DNA from: Acidimicrobiales bacterium
Lineage (GTDB): Bacteria; Actinomycetota; Acidimicrobiia; Acidimicrobiales; RAAP-2
NCBI GenBank assembly: GCA_035551535.1
Contig: DASZNG010000162.1
Location: 3,693-67,692 of the forward strand
Reading direction: 5' to 3'
DNA: 64,000 nt
This document shows positions 44,829-54,397 of the stretch, piece by piece. A program made the translations under genes and the position numbers. The notes below the pieces were generated by a model, which saw only the letters and a program-made list of their open reading frames with translations, did no database searches and was not told the origin of the DNA. Numbering within the stretch: position 1 is the stretch's first letter; every line of letters begins with the position of its first letter.

Positions 44829-45820
44829 TAGCCGACGCGGCCGATCTCCCGCAGCCACCCGATGGTCGACGTCAAACCCTGGTCAAGGCTGATCGGGTCG
44901 TAGCCCAGTCGTTTGTAGGTCTTGGAGTCCGCCAGGCTCCGACGCCCCGGACCCCCCGCCGCCGCCTTGGTGGCGATCGCCACCAGCGTCGGCCCGAACA
45001 CCTCCGCCAACTCGGGATCATCGGAGGGATCGACGTCGACGACGTGGTGATCCAGGCCGGCCAACTGGCAGATGCGGTTGCAGGCATTGGCCACGCTCAC
45101 CACGTCCTCGGGCCGGCCATCGAGCATGTAGCGCTCGCCGGCCACGCCCTTGTCGAGGGCGAGGATGCATCCCCGGGCGATGTCCTCGGCGAAGACCCAA
45201 CTCACCGGGAACTTGAGGTAGCGGTCGATCCGTTGGCGGAGGGCCGACATCAGCACCCGGTTGAAACTCGTCCGGCCCAGTGCGTTGCTCGCCACCGGCG
45301 AAGGGCCGAAGATCGCCCCCGGATGGGTGCTGACCACGTCTTGGCCGTTGGCCGCCCGGGACATGGCATCGAGGAAGGCTGCCATCTTGGTGACGGTGTA
45401 GGGATCCGAGCTCGGCTCCTTGGACACCGGGGCATCCTCTCGGTCGAGCCCCCCGGCGGTGTCGAAGAACGTCCCGGTGCTGACGGCCACCACCCGCCGC
45501 ATGCCCGCCGCTTCGGCGGCGTCGAGCACATTCCTGGTGCCCCCGATGTTCACCGCCTCGAAATCAGCCAGGTTCTGGCTGGCCCCGCCCAACAACGCCG
45601 CGCAGTGGATGGCGGCGTCACTGCCGGCGGCGGCCCGTCGGACGGCATCGGCATCGGTCACGTCACCGGTGACGACCTCGACCCCCAGGGCGACGATCGG
45701 CTCGGTGTCGGCCGTCTCCCGAGCCAGGGCCCGCACCCGGTCACCCCGTTCAATCAGCAACTTGCAGATGTTGGCTCCGGCCAGGCCGGTGGCCCCGGTG
45801 ACCAGGACCGTCTGGGTCAT
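44828..45820 (-). CDS. NAD-dependent epimerase/dehydratase family (extended SDR)
   Basis: MTQTVLVTGATGLAGANICKLLIERGDRV Rossmann motif. 330 aa. Confidence 0.85.
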   Translation of the reverse strand: MTQTVLVTGATGLAGANICKLLIERGDRVRALARETADTEPIVALGVEVVTGDVTDADAVRRAAAGSDAAIHCAALLGGASQNLADFEAVNIGGTRNVLDAAEAAGMRRVVAVSTGTFFDTAGGLDREDAPVSKEPSSDPYTVTKMAAFLDAMSRAANGQDVVSTHPGAIFGPSPVASNALGRTSFNRVLMSALRQRIDRYLKFPVSWVFAEDIARGCILALDKGVAGERYMLDGRPEDVVSVANACNRICQLAGLDHHVVDVDPSDDPELAEVFGPTLVAIATKAAAGGPGRRSLADSKTYKRLGYDPISLDQGLTSTIGWLREIGRVG

Positions 45821-46410
45821 GCCGACGCCTGGGCCGACGGATCGACCCGGCCGGCGTCGACCTGCTCGGCGCGGTAGGGGATGACCGGTGCGTTCTTCCC
45901 GAACACGTCGAGGGTATGGATGAAGCGATGGAGGCCCATGGCGTTGGCGCAGGTGAAGCCGAGCTCGATGATCTGAGCCGAGGTGAACACTTCGCCGAGC
46001 TGGCGGTAGAAGTCGTCGTCGATGGCATGGTGATCGGCCGAGAGCAGATCCAGAAAGGCCACCGCCAGCCGTTCTTGCTCGGTGAGGTCCGAGCCGCCGG
46101 GACCGATGAGACAGGCAACGTCTTCGTCGGTGATGGAATCATGCTTCCTCGACTGCATGCAGGGTTGGCACTCCCCCAGCTGGGCACTGCGGATCCGGAG
46201 TAGCTCCAGAATCCTCCCTCCGAGGAGCGACTGCTGCCCCCAGGCGCCGCGGGCGGCGTTGGTCATGAGGATTTGCGACGTCTTGTAGGCGAATATCTGC
46301 AGCGGGATCGGTGTGGCGTAGGTGCCGTTGGCCACTCCCTCTTCAATGATCCGGCGCGGCTCCGGCGCCAGCTCTTCCAACGGAATCGGCTCAATTCTCG
46401 GCACGCACAT
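45817..46410 (-). CDS. Carboxymuconolactone decarboxylase (AhpD-like) family protein
   Basis: ELLRIRSAQLGECQPCMQSRK (CxxC-type AhpD-fold motif). 4-nt overlap with the downstream epimerase gene. Confidence 0.75.
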   Translation of the reverse strand: MCVPRIEPIPLEELAPEPRRIIEEGVANGTYATPIPLQIFAYKTSQILMTNAARGAWGQQSLLGGRILELLRIRSAQLGECQPCMQSRKHDSITDEDVACLIGPGGSDLTEQERLAVAFLDLLSADHHAIDDDFYRQLGEVFTSAQIIELGFTCANAMGLHRFIHTLDVFGKNAPVIPYRAEQVDAGRVDPSAQASA

Positions 46411-46480
46411 CCCCCGGTTCTTCCGGCGCGGCCGGAACCCACTTGCTGGTACGCCGCGAACCTATTGTACTGTCGCCGGT

Positions 46481-47287
46481 ATGTCCATCGAGCCCTCGTC
46501 CGTGCTCCTCACCGATCGGGTGGCAGTGGTCACCGGAGGTGGCTCGGGGATCGGTCGGGGCATCGCTCATGGCCTGGCCGCCTTCGGGGCGAGGGTGGCG
46601 ATCTGGGAACGTCATGCCGACACCGCGGCGGCGGCCGCCGCCGAGGTCGACGGCATCGGCATTGCCACCGATGTCCGGGAGTCCCGAGAGGTGGACGTCG
46701 CGCTGGAACGCACCTTGGCGGAGTTGGGACCGGTGAGCATTCTGGTCAACAACGCGGGCGGCGTCTTCTCCTCCCCCATCCTGGAGACCTCCGAGAACGG
46801 CTGGGACGCTCTGTACCGCTCCAACCTCAAGCACGTCATCCTGTGCACCCAGCGGGTTGCCCGGGTGATGGTCGAGACCGGACGCGGGGGCAGCATCGTC
46901 AACGTGACCTCGATCGAGGGCACCCGCGCCGCGCCGGGGTACGCGGCCTACGCGGCGGCAAAGGCCGGCGTCATCAACTTCACCAAGACGGCGGCGCTGG
47001 AGTTGGCGCCCCACGGCATCCGGGTGAACGCCCTGGCCCCGGACATCACCATGACCGAAGGGCTGGCGTCGGTGGCCCCGCCGGGTGCCCAAGCCGGGTT
47101 TGGGCAGGTCATACCCATGGGTCGGGTCGGTCACGTTGACGAGATGGCCGGCGCCGCCGTCTTCTTGGCCGGAAACCTCTCCAGCTATGTGACCGGCGAG
47201 ACCATTCACGTCGACGGCGGCACCCAGGCGGCCGGAGGTTGGTACCACCACCCGGACACGGGTGACTATGTCCTCGGCCCTGCCTAG
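46481..47287 (+). CDS. SDR family oxidoreductase
   Basis: VAVVTGGGSGIGRGIA, LVNNAGG, YAAAKAGVINFTK. ATG 46481. Confidence 0.85.
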   Translation: MSIEPSSVLLTDRVAVVTGGGSGIGRGIAHGLAAFGARVAIWERHADTAAAAAAEVDGIGIATDVRESREVDVALERTLAELGPVSILVNNAGGVFSSPILETSENGWDALYRSNLKHVILCTQRVARVMVETGRGGSIVNVTSIEGTRAAPGYAAYAAAKAGVINFTKTAALELAPHGIRVNALAPDITMTEGLASVAPPGAQAGFGQVIPMGRVGHVDEMAGAAVFLAGNLSSYVTGETIHVDGGTQAAGGWYHHPDTGDYVLGPA

Positions 47288-47303
47288 GGGATCCGCCGCC
47301 GGC

Positions 47304-48089
47304 TCAGTCTCCCCCGAGCCCGAGGTGGGCCGACATCCCACCGTCAATGGCGATCATCTGCCCGGTGATGTAGCGGGACTCGTCGGAGGCCAAGAACACC
47401 ACCAGGTCGGCGATGTCGTCGGGCTCACCCAGATACGGCGTCAACGTCGACCTTCCGAGACCGCCCAGTGTCTTCTCGTCCAGGTGGGCGCGCACGGCGT
47501 CGGTGATGATGAGCCCGGGAACGATCGTGTTGACCCGGATGCCCTGCTTGCCATGGCTGGTGGCCACGTACATGGTGAGGGCGTTGACCCCCGCCTTGGA
47601 GACGCCGTAGGACGTCCGGGTCCGGTCACCTTTGAGCGATGCGCCGGACGACATGTTGATGATCGAGCCACCGCCTTGGCGCACCATCTCGGGAACCGCG
47701 TGCTTGCAGGTGAGCATCTGGCTGCTCAGGTTCACCGCCAGGGTGCGCTCCCATACTTCGAGTGACAGCTCCGTCACCCGGGTGTCACGAGCCAGGAAGT
47801 CTGACTCGGTGAGGGCGGCGTTGTTGTGGAGGACGTCGAGGCGACCGAACCGGGAGGTCGCCCTCGCAATGGTCGACACCACCTGGGTCTCGTCCGACAG
47901 GTCAGCCTGGAAGCCGATGGCGCGGCCACCTGTCTCCGCGATTCCGACCGCCACCCGCTCGGCCGCCTCTCCATCGATGTCGGCCACCACCACCGAAGCA
48001 CCTTCCCGGGCCAGCGCCCGGGCGGTGGCCCCGCCGATGCCTCCGCCGCCCCCGGTCACGATGGCGACCCTGTCGATCAGCCGTTCCAC
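47304..48089 (-). CDS. SDR family oxidoreductase
   Basis: VAIVTGGGGGIGGATA, LHNNAA, YGVSKAGVNALT. Confidence 0.85.
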   Translation of the reverse strand: MERLIDRVAIVTGGGGGIGGATARALAREGASVVVADIDGEAAERVAVGIAETGGRAIGFQADLSDETQVVSTIARATSRFGRLDVLHNNAALTESDFLARDTRVTELSLEVWERTLAVNLSSQMLTCKHAVPEMVRQGGGSIINMSSGASLKGDRTRTSYGVSKAGVNALTMYVATSHGKQGIRVNTIVPGLIITDAVRAHLDEKTLGGLGRSTLTPYLGEPDDIADLVVFLASDESRYITGQMIAIDGGMSAHLGLGGD

Positions 48090-48189
48090 GAAACTTCCCC
48101 CCCGAGCCGGATATGGACCTCTTCACTTCTTCGCCTTTTCTTAGTCGTTTCTCAGTCGAGGTTCAGTTCCGGCGTCCAGAATCGGCACT

Positions 48190-48864
48190 GTGGTAGTTGA
48201 CCTGGAGCCCCGCACCGATCGAAACGAGCTGGCCGCCGTCTCGGCGGAGTTGGAGACGGCCCACCCGGAAGACGTCATCGAATGGGCCGTGCATCGCTTC
48301 GGGCCGGATCTCACCATCGCCAGTTCGTTCCAACACTGCGTGATCATCGATATGGCCGTCCAGGTCGACCCCGATGTCGAAGTCCTGTTCTTGGACACCG
48401 GCTACCACTTCGCCGAGACCCTGGCCTTTGTGGACGAAGTCCGGCAGCGCTATGACCTGAATCTCCGAATTCAGAGACCCATGCCCGAGGCCTCCGGCTT
48501 CCGGTGTGGCACTGAGAGCTGCTGCGAACTGCGCAAGGTCCAGCCGCTCAACGCGGCGTTGGCCGACAGAAGTGCATGGATATCCGGTCTCAAGAGAGTG
48601 GATACCGACCACCGCACCGATGCGCCGGTGGTGATGTGGGATGAGCATCGCGGCATGGTGAAGGTCAACCCGCTGGCCGCCTGGACCGATGCCGACGTCG
48701 ACAACTATGTCGCGGAACGGGCGCTGCCGGTTCATCCTCTCGTCGAGCGGGGCTACCTCTCGATCGGTTGCGCCCCCACCACCAGGCCGGTGCCCGCCGG
48801 CGGGAACCGCCGAGCCGGTCGATGGCGGGGGGAGGCAAAGACCGAGTGCGGTCTGCACCTCTGA
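48190..48864 (+). CDS. cysH: Adenylyl-/phosphoadenylyl-sulfate reductase (CysH family)
   Basis: SFQHCVIIDM, LFLDTGYHFAETL, CCELRKVQPL, SGLKRVD, VNPLAAWT, C-terminal KTECGLH catalytic motif. Confidence 0.85.
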   Translation: MVVDLEPRTDRNELAAVSAELETAHPEDVIEWAVHRFGPDLTIASSFQHCVIIDMAVQVDPDVEVLFLDTGYHFAETLAFVDEVRQRYDLNLRIQRPMPEASGFRCGTESCCELRKVQPLNAALADRSAWISGLKRVDTDHRTDAPVVMWDEHRGMVKVNPLAAWTDADVDNYVAERALPVHPLVERGYLSIGCAPTTRPVPAGGNRRAGRWRGEAKTECGLHL

Positions 48865-48926
48865 AACAGAAGGCGGCGTCGGACCGGGCCGACCGACCCG
48901 CCTGATCAGCGTCGTAGTGTGGGCCC

Positions 48927-49850
48927 GTGGCTGCCGAGACACTCCACGATGTGGCCGTCATCGGGGCCGGCGCCGCGGGGGTGAGTGCCGCCGTCGAGCT
49001 CTACGACGTCAAGCTCGACGTGGTGGTGTTCGAGGCTGCTGGCCAGGTCGGAGGGCAGATCGACCAGATCCCGCATGAAGTGCGCAACCTGGCGCCGGCA
49101 CCCGACGGCAACCGAGCCCTGGTCGAGGCGCTGGCCCGCCACGCTTCCACCCTGGGCGACCGCTTGCATCTCGACGAGATGGTGACCCGGGTGGATCTGG
49201 CCACCGGGCTCGTCGACGCCGGCGCGCGTCGATTCCGGGCCCGGAGTGTCCTGATGGCCTCCGGGTCGCACCGACGCGAGCTCGAGAACGCGCCGGATGG
49301 ATCATTCGGGGGAGACGTGACCTACCTGGTCGAGCCGCACGTGGCCCGGTTCGCCGGCCGGCCCATGGCCGTCTTCGGCGGCGGGGACAGTGCCCTGCTC
49401 GACGCGCTGGAGCTCGCCGACACCGGGTCCCAAGTGACGCTTTTTCACCGATCACCCCACCCCACCGCCCGGCCGGACGTCGCCGCCCGCGTCCGGTCGG
49501 AAGGCCGCATCACCGAGTTGGCCGGTTGGACGATCGACTCGCTCGTGGGGTCGGACCACCTCGAACGGGTCGACATCGTGGAATCGAGCAGCGGCCAGCA
49601 CCGGCAGCTGGAGGTCGCCGGGCTCGTCCTCAAGCTGGGACGCGCCCACTGCGTCGACCTGATCCGCGACCAGCTGGAGCTCGGCACCCATGGCGGGATT
49701 GTGGTCGACGGCGACCTCCGCACTTCGGATCCGCGTACCTTTGCCGCCGGAGATGTGGTCGAGGGCGCCTACGAGCGCATCGCCACCGCCATCGGGCAAG
49801 GTTCGCTGGCGGCCCGCTCCATCCTCAATTGTCTGGCCTCCAACCAATGA
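48927..49850 (+). CDS. Thioredoxin-reductase-like FAD/NAD(P) oxidoreductase lacking the CxxC redox pair (ferredoxin-NADP reductase-like)
   Basis: DVAVIGAGAAGVSAA and VFGGGDSALLDA dinucleotide motifs, and FAAGDV. No CxxC where TrxB has CATCDG. Confidence 0.8.
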   Translation: MAAETLHDVAVIGAGAAGVSAAVELYDVKLDVVVFEAAGQVGGQIDQIPHEVRNLAPAPDGNRALVEALARHASTLGDRLHLDEMVTRVDLATGLVDAGARRFRARSVLMASGSHRRELENAPDGSFGGDVTYLVEPHVARFAGRPMAVFGGGDSALLDALELADTGSQVTLFHRSPHPTARPDVAARVRSEGRITELAGWTIDSLVGSDHLERVDIVESSSGQHRQLEVAGLVLKLGRAHCVDLIRDQLELGTHGGIVVDGDLRTSDPRTFAAGDVVEGAYERIATAIGQGSLAARSILNCLASNQ

Positions 49851-50416
49851 AGGTCTCCGGGCTCCCCTCGGCTTCCACCATTCTCCATGCCCTGCTCCAC
49901 CCGCCGGAGATGAGCGCCGGCAATCTCTCGACCGACGGGCCCGGTGAGATCATCGATCCGATTCTGGCCCTGCACCGCAGCAACGCCGAGCAGTGGGGTC
50001 GGGAGGACGATGTCCGCAAGCACCTCGGGAACGACGGCTTGGTCGCCGCCGCCAAACGGGACATTGATCGGCTGAACCACGCCCGTCATGCTCATATCGA
50101 GACGATCGACCGGGCGATCCTGGAGGTGATCGAACCCGGCCGCGAGGCACCATTGGTGACCGAAAGCCCGGGAATGGCCATCGACCGCCTTTCGATACTG
50201 GTGATCCGGTTGGCCTCGACCGAGGCCGGGGCGGCATCGGGAGGGAACGACGCCGGGCCTCTCTGTGCGCGGGTTCCCCGATTGCAGGCCCAGCTGGACG
50301 CTCTCGAGGAGGCGATCGCCACGCTGCTCTGCGACTTGGCCACCGGCACCCGGCAGTTCACCGCCCACGAGAGCCTCAAACTCTACGGGCCGCCGGGTCC
50401 CGAACGAGGCGGTTGA
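49847..50416 (+). CDS. DUF4254-like protein
   Basis: ATG overlaps the upstream stop (ATGA). LHRSNAEQWGREDDVRK....KRDIDRLNHARHAHIETIDRAIL resembles the DUF4254 pattern I recall, a family usually found next to GT9 genes. Family assignment needs an HMM check. Confidence 0.55.
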   Translation: MKVSGLPSASTILHALLHPPEMSAGNLSTDGPGEIIDPILALHRSNAEQWGREDDVRKHLGNDGLVAAAKRDIDRLNHARHAHIETIDRAILEVIEPGREAPLVTESPGMAIDRLSILVIRLASTEAGAASGGNDAGPLCARVPRLQAQLDALEEAIATLLCDLATGTRQFTAHESLKLYGPPGPERGG

Positions 50417-51455
50417 TGGTGGGCACCGGTACCTGGTGGAGCTGGTACCCGCCCCGGTTGAATCCCATGACCAGTTGGGTACCGACCACTGCGGCATGGG
50501 CGATGCCCAGGGGGTGCGGGGATAGCCCGGGGGTGATCTGGGTGGTCACCCGCTCGCCCGGGACCAGCGCGTACAGCTCCCCGCACCGACCCACCCCCCA
50601 GGGCACGCCGTCGGCCACCCCCACCGCGACGCCGCCACTCCCCCACCCCAGGTCGGCGCCGAACTGGGCAGAAGCCATGACCGCGCCGGTGGCCAGCTCG
50701 ATCTGGGCCAGCCCTCCTCCCCCCAACCGGTCCCAGTCATAGTCACCCAGGCCGGCACCGCCCAGGGCGCTGCCCGCCGCCCAGAGCGAGGTCCGGCCGG
50801 CGACCAGCGCCGCCGGTAGGAAGTCGACGGCCACCTCCCACCGGGTGGCGCCGAGACGGCCGCCGTCCGCCTCCACCAACCGGACCCGCCCCTCACCACC
50901 CAGGGCCACCCAGCCGGTGCCGTCCGGCGTCGAGCTGGCGGCGAGGGCAGTGACGAAGCCGAAGGACTCCTGGTCGATCTCGGCGTCGAGTGCTTGGTGC
51001 GAGGAGACGACGGGTTCGGTCACCAGTACCCCGCCCAGCCGTCGACTGCGGGGCCGTGACGTCACCAGGCGGCCTCCGAGACCGATCACCCTCTCGACGT
51101 CCTCCAGATAGTCGAGCCGTTGGGCCGCTTCGAGATCGGGCCCGATGACGGGTTCGGCTCGCCGGGACCAGGGAGCTTCGAAGGTCCGGACGGTGCCCAG
51201 GTGGTTCAGGACGGCGATCCGCCCGGTATCGGCCAGCTCGACGATGGCGTGGACGTCGAGATCGAACTGGGAGGCATCGTCGTCTTCGGGAAACTGGGTG
51301 TCCCCGAAAATCGCCCGCGGATGAAGGCCGGCGTCGGCGAACACGACGTTTCGGCCCAAGTTGCTCCAGGCGCAACAGCTGCCGAGGGAGGCGATCCGGC
51401 CGATGCCCGGCGGTTGAGAGTTCGCCGCTCGGCTCACCGGGTACGAATCGGTCAA
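50376..51455 (-). CDS. Hypothetical protein (Gly/Ala/Val-rich, possibly beta-propeller), last gene of the queD-queC-GT9 string
   Basis: 359-aa ORF. The start overlaps the GT9 stop by 4 nt. Codon usage is coding-like. I recognise no motif. The 3' end overlaps the convergent DUF4254-like gene by 41 nt. Confidence 0.5.
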   Translation of the reverse strand: MTDSYPVSRAANSQPPGIGRIASLGSCCAWSNLGRNVVFADAGLHPRAIFGDTQFPEDDDASQFDLDVHAIVELADTGRIAVLNHLGTVRTFEAPWSRRAEPVIGPDLEAAQRLDYLEDVERVIGLGGRLVTSRPRSRRLGGVLVTEPVVSSHQALDAEIDQESFGFVTALAASSTPDGTGWVALGGEGRVRLVEADGGRLGATRWEVAVDFLPAALVAGRTSLWAAGSALGGAGLGDYDWDRLGGGGLAQIELATGAVMASAQFGADLGWGSGGVAVGVADGVPWGVGRCGELYALVPGERVTTQITPGLSPHPLGIAHAAVVGTQLVMGFNRGGYQLHQVPVPTINRLVRDPAARRV

Positions 51456-52366
51456 CAGATCTCACCCAACGCCTTCACCACCGTGCTCGGCTCGATGGCG
51501 TTCAGACAACCCACGTCTGCGGGACACCCCCGCGGCTCCGGGTGCTCGGTGCCGAGGTGGACTCGCGGGTGGTAGGCGTAGGCTCGTTCCTCCTGCTGGC
51601 ACACCGGATCGCAGGGAGCTCCGGCGACCAGGCGGGTGTGGTCCCAGTCCCGGAAGTAGGTGGCCGGCGACCGGGACAGGGTGACGGTGGGTGTCCCCTG
51701 CTGGGCGGCGATGTGGGTCAGTCCGGTGTCGACTCCGACCACCGCACGACACCCGCTCAGCACGTCGACGGCGTCGCCGGGGGTGCCGGCCACCACGCCG
51801 GCGATTCCACGATCCATCAGGGCATCGCCGCCCTGGCCCCGGGTGACCACCGCGACGTCGAGGCCCCGGCGTCCGAGCCGGGCGGCGAGCTCGACCCAGC
51901 GTTCGGGCGCCCACCGCTTGGCGCTTCCATCGGAGTCGGCAACCAAGAGGACCAGGCCTTCGGCGTCGGGTCGGTCCCGGGACTCGAGAGGAACCGGCGT
52001 CGAGAAGTCACCCACGACTCCGAGATCGGCCCCGATGCGGGCGACGATCTCGTTGATCGACAGATCGCCGTAGGCGGCGGCAAATTCCGGCGATCCCCAC
52101 CAGTGGTCACGCTGCAGCGGGTGGTCACGGAGATCGACGAGGGCTTCGCGTGGCCAGATGCCGGCATCACCCTCGGGCACGGTTCCGGCCAGGCCGGGGA
52201 TGCGTTCGGCCAGAGCCACCTGGCTTGGCGAGCGGGCCACCAGCCAGGTCTCGGTGCCCGAACATCTGCTCCCGATGACCGCCGCCTGCACCACCGGCAG
52301 GGAGACGACCAGATCTCCGAGCCCGAACGAGACGGGGGCGATGAATCGGCGACCGAGGTCGTTCAT
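51452..52366 (-). CDS. Glycosyltransferase family 9 (heptosyltransferase-like)
   Basis: ATG 52366 overlaps the queC stop (ATGA). SFGLGDLVVSLPVVQA, SAKRWAPERWVELA, VGVDTGLTHIAAQQGTPTVTL. Confidence 0.75.
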   Translation of the reverse strand: MNDLGRRFIAPVSFGLGDLVVSLPVVQAAVIGSRCSGTETWLVARSPSQVALAERIPGLAGTVPEGDAGIWPREALVDLRDHPLQRDHWWGSPEFAAAYGDLSINEIVARIGADLGVVGDFSTPVPLESRDRPDAEGLVLLVADSDGSAKRWAPERWVELAARLGRRGLDVAVVTRGQGGDALMDRGIAGVVAGTPGDAVDVLSGCRAVVGVDTGLTHIAAQQGTPTVTLSRSPATYFRDWDHTRLVAGAPCDPVCQQEERAYAYHPRVHLGTEHPEPRGCPADVGCLNAIEPSTVVKALGEIC

Positions 52367-53025
52367 AAGTCGGCGTATTCGGTGGCGTCGGCCATCCCCA
52401 GCGCCTGGAAGGCGAGTCGGCGCTCGGCGCACTTGTTGCAGAGCCCGCAGTGGCGTTCCGCGCGGGGGGCGATGCAGGAGAAGGTCAGGTCGAGGGCGAA
52501 GGGTCGGCCGATCTCGAGAACCTCGTGCTTGGCGAGACCCGCGAACGGGGTGACCACCTCGACTCGGCGGCCGAGCGCCCGTCCGGCCAAGGCCGAGTAG
52601 CCGGCAAAGAACTCACCGTCGGCGTCGGGGAACGGGTTCGCGGCCAGCGTGCCCAGCGCGAGGGTGGTAATCCTGTTGAGCGCGCACCAGACGGTCGATT
52701 TCGCCAGCAACAGGAGGTTGCGACCGGGGAGGTAGACGGCTTCGTCGGACGAGTGGCCGTCAGGGATATCTTCTCCGGTCACACTCCAGTGGGCCCCGTA
52801 GACGTCGGCCACCGGTAGGTCGAGCACGACCAGGGGCCGGACGTCATCGGGTGACAGCGAGGCGAGGAACTGCCGGAGATGGCGAGCCTCGACGTCCTCC
52901 CAGGCCAGACCGAAGCGCACGTAGATGGGGGTCACCTGGCGCCCCTCGCCGGCCAGCTGAGCGACCAGAATCGCGCTGTCGAGGCCGCCGCTGGCCAACA
53001 CCGCGACCCGATCGGCTACGACCAC
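52363..53025 (-). CDS. queC: 7-cyano-7-deazaguanine synthase (QueC family)
   Basis: VAVLASGGLDSA PP-loop. C-terminal Zn-type cluster SCIAPRAERHCGLCNKCAERR. GTG 53025 lies 6 nt after the queD stop; the track start (53067) would overlap queD. Confidence 0.8.
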   Translation of the reverse strand: MVVADRVAVLASGGLDSAILVAQLAGEGRQVTPIYVRFGLAWEDVEARHLRQFLASLSPDDVRPLVVLDLPVADVYGAHWSVTGEDIPDGHSSDEAVYLPGRNLLLLAKSTVWCALNRITTLALGTLAANPFPDADGEFFAGYSALAGRALGRRVEVVTPFAGLAKHEVLEIGRPFALDLTFSCIAPRAERHCGLCNKCAERRLAFQALGMADATEYADL

Positions 53026-53030
53026 CGCAC

Positions 53031-53390
53031 CTACGGCTCCCCCCGGTAGGTACAGCCGGAGGTACACGTCTCCCGGACAACCACTTGGGAGAGCTCGGGC
53101 AGCGCCGTGGTCAGCGCGCCCCAGATCCAGCGAGCCAGTACCTCGCTGGTCGGGTTCTCCAGCCCCTCGATCTCGTTGAGGTAGTAGTGATCGAGCACGC
53201 CGAGAAGGGGCTCCATGGCGCAGCTGATGTCGCTGAAATCACGGACCCAACCTTCCTGGGCGTCGACGGCGCCGGTGAGGTGGACCGAGACCTGATAGGA
53301 GTGTCCGTGCAGGCGGGCGCACTTGTGGTCGGGTGCGACGTTGGGCAACCGATGGGCGGCCTCGAACGTGAACTCCTTGAAGATCTCCAC
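53031..53390 (-). CDS. queD: 6-carboxy-5,6,7,8-tetrahydropterin synthase (QueD/PTPS family)
   Basis: MEIFKEFTFEAAHRLP...CARLHGHSY.V.V...DFS..., 119 aa. This is the classic QueD pattern. Confidence 0.85.
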   Translation of the reverse strand: MEIFKEFTFEAAHRLPNVAPDHKCARLHGHSYQVSVHLTGAVDAQEGWVRDFSDISCAMEPLLGVLDHYYLNEIEGLENPTSEVLARWIWGALTTALPELSQVVVRETCTSGCTYRGEP

Positions 53391-53487
53391 GTTGAGACCC
53401 TAACGTCCGGCTCCCGCCCGGGTCGACCGACCGCGGCCGACCGAATCTTCATCAACACCGCCTTGCCGGCCGGACGCGGCCGGCTCG

Positions 53488-54264
53488 TCACCGGCCCTGC
53501 CAGTGGGGCGCCCTACCCTCGGCGGCGGCCCGGAAGCCCTCGGTGGCGTCCTCGGTGGCCATGGCCACGATCCGCATGGTCTCCCCGAATCGAAGGGCTT
53601 CGACCGGGGGCAGACTCTGCGAGCGCACCGCGACCTCCTTGGTGGCCCGAGCCGCCAACGGGGCGGCGACCACCAAACGATCGGCGAGCGATCGTGCCTC
53701 GTCCATCAGTTGGTCGTGGGGTACCACCCAGCCGGCCAGGCCGATCTCCTTGGCCCGCGCGGCTCCGACCCGGTCACCGGTCAGGAGCATCTCCATGGCG
53801 TACTGCCAGTTGATCCGTTGAGGAAGCCGCATGGCGCCGACGATGGTGGGCACCCCCAGCCGCACCTCGGGAAATCCGAACTCGGCCCGATCGCTGGCGA
53901 TGACGAAGTCGCACCAGGTGACCAGGGTGAGCCCGTAGCCCAGGCAGTAGCCGTTCACCGCGGCAATGACGGGTTTGTAGATCTCCCATCCGCTCTCGAA
54001 GGAGTTGATGGTGGGCTTCTCCCAGAATGTCCCCGGGAACTCGCCGGTCGCTCCGGGCCCGCCGCGAAGGTCCGCGCCGACACAGAATGCCTTGCCGGCC
54101 CCGGTGACGATCGCGACCCACGCGTCTTCATCGTCGCGAAACCGGGAGAAGGCATCGTTGAGGGCGCGGCGCATTTCCGCATTGATGGCGTTGAGCGCAT
54201 CGGGACGGTTGTACGTAATGGTGGCGACGTGGCCGTCGATCTCGTAGGTGACAAGCGTGTCCAT
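53488..54264 (-). CDS. Enoyl-CoA hydratase/isomerase (crotonase) family
   Basis: ATITYNRPDALNAIN, IVTGAGKAFCVGADL, GYCLGYGL. ATG 54264. Confidence 0.85.
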   Translation of the reverse strand: MDTLVTYEIDGHVATITYNRPDALNAINAEMRRALNDAFSRFRDDEDAWVAIVTGAGKAFCVGADLRGGPGATGEFPGTFWEKPTINSFESGWEIYKPVIAAVNGYCLGYGLTLVTWCDFVIASDRAEFGFPEVRLGVPTIVGAMRLPQRINWQYAMEMLLTGDRVGAARAKEIGLAGWVVPHDQLMDEARSLADRLVVAAPLAARATKEVAVRSQSLPPVEALRFGETMRIVAMATEDATEGFRAAAEGRAPHWQGR

Positions 54265-54397
54265 GCAACCAGCATGCCTCACTCCCGCATCGAGGGCGGC
54301 TGGCCGGTTGGCTCGGGCCGGCGGTGGAGGCCGGGTCTCGCAGAGGACCTCCTCCTCGACGTCCGCGTCCGGAAACGTCGATCGGTAGGGTAAAGGT

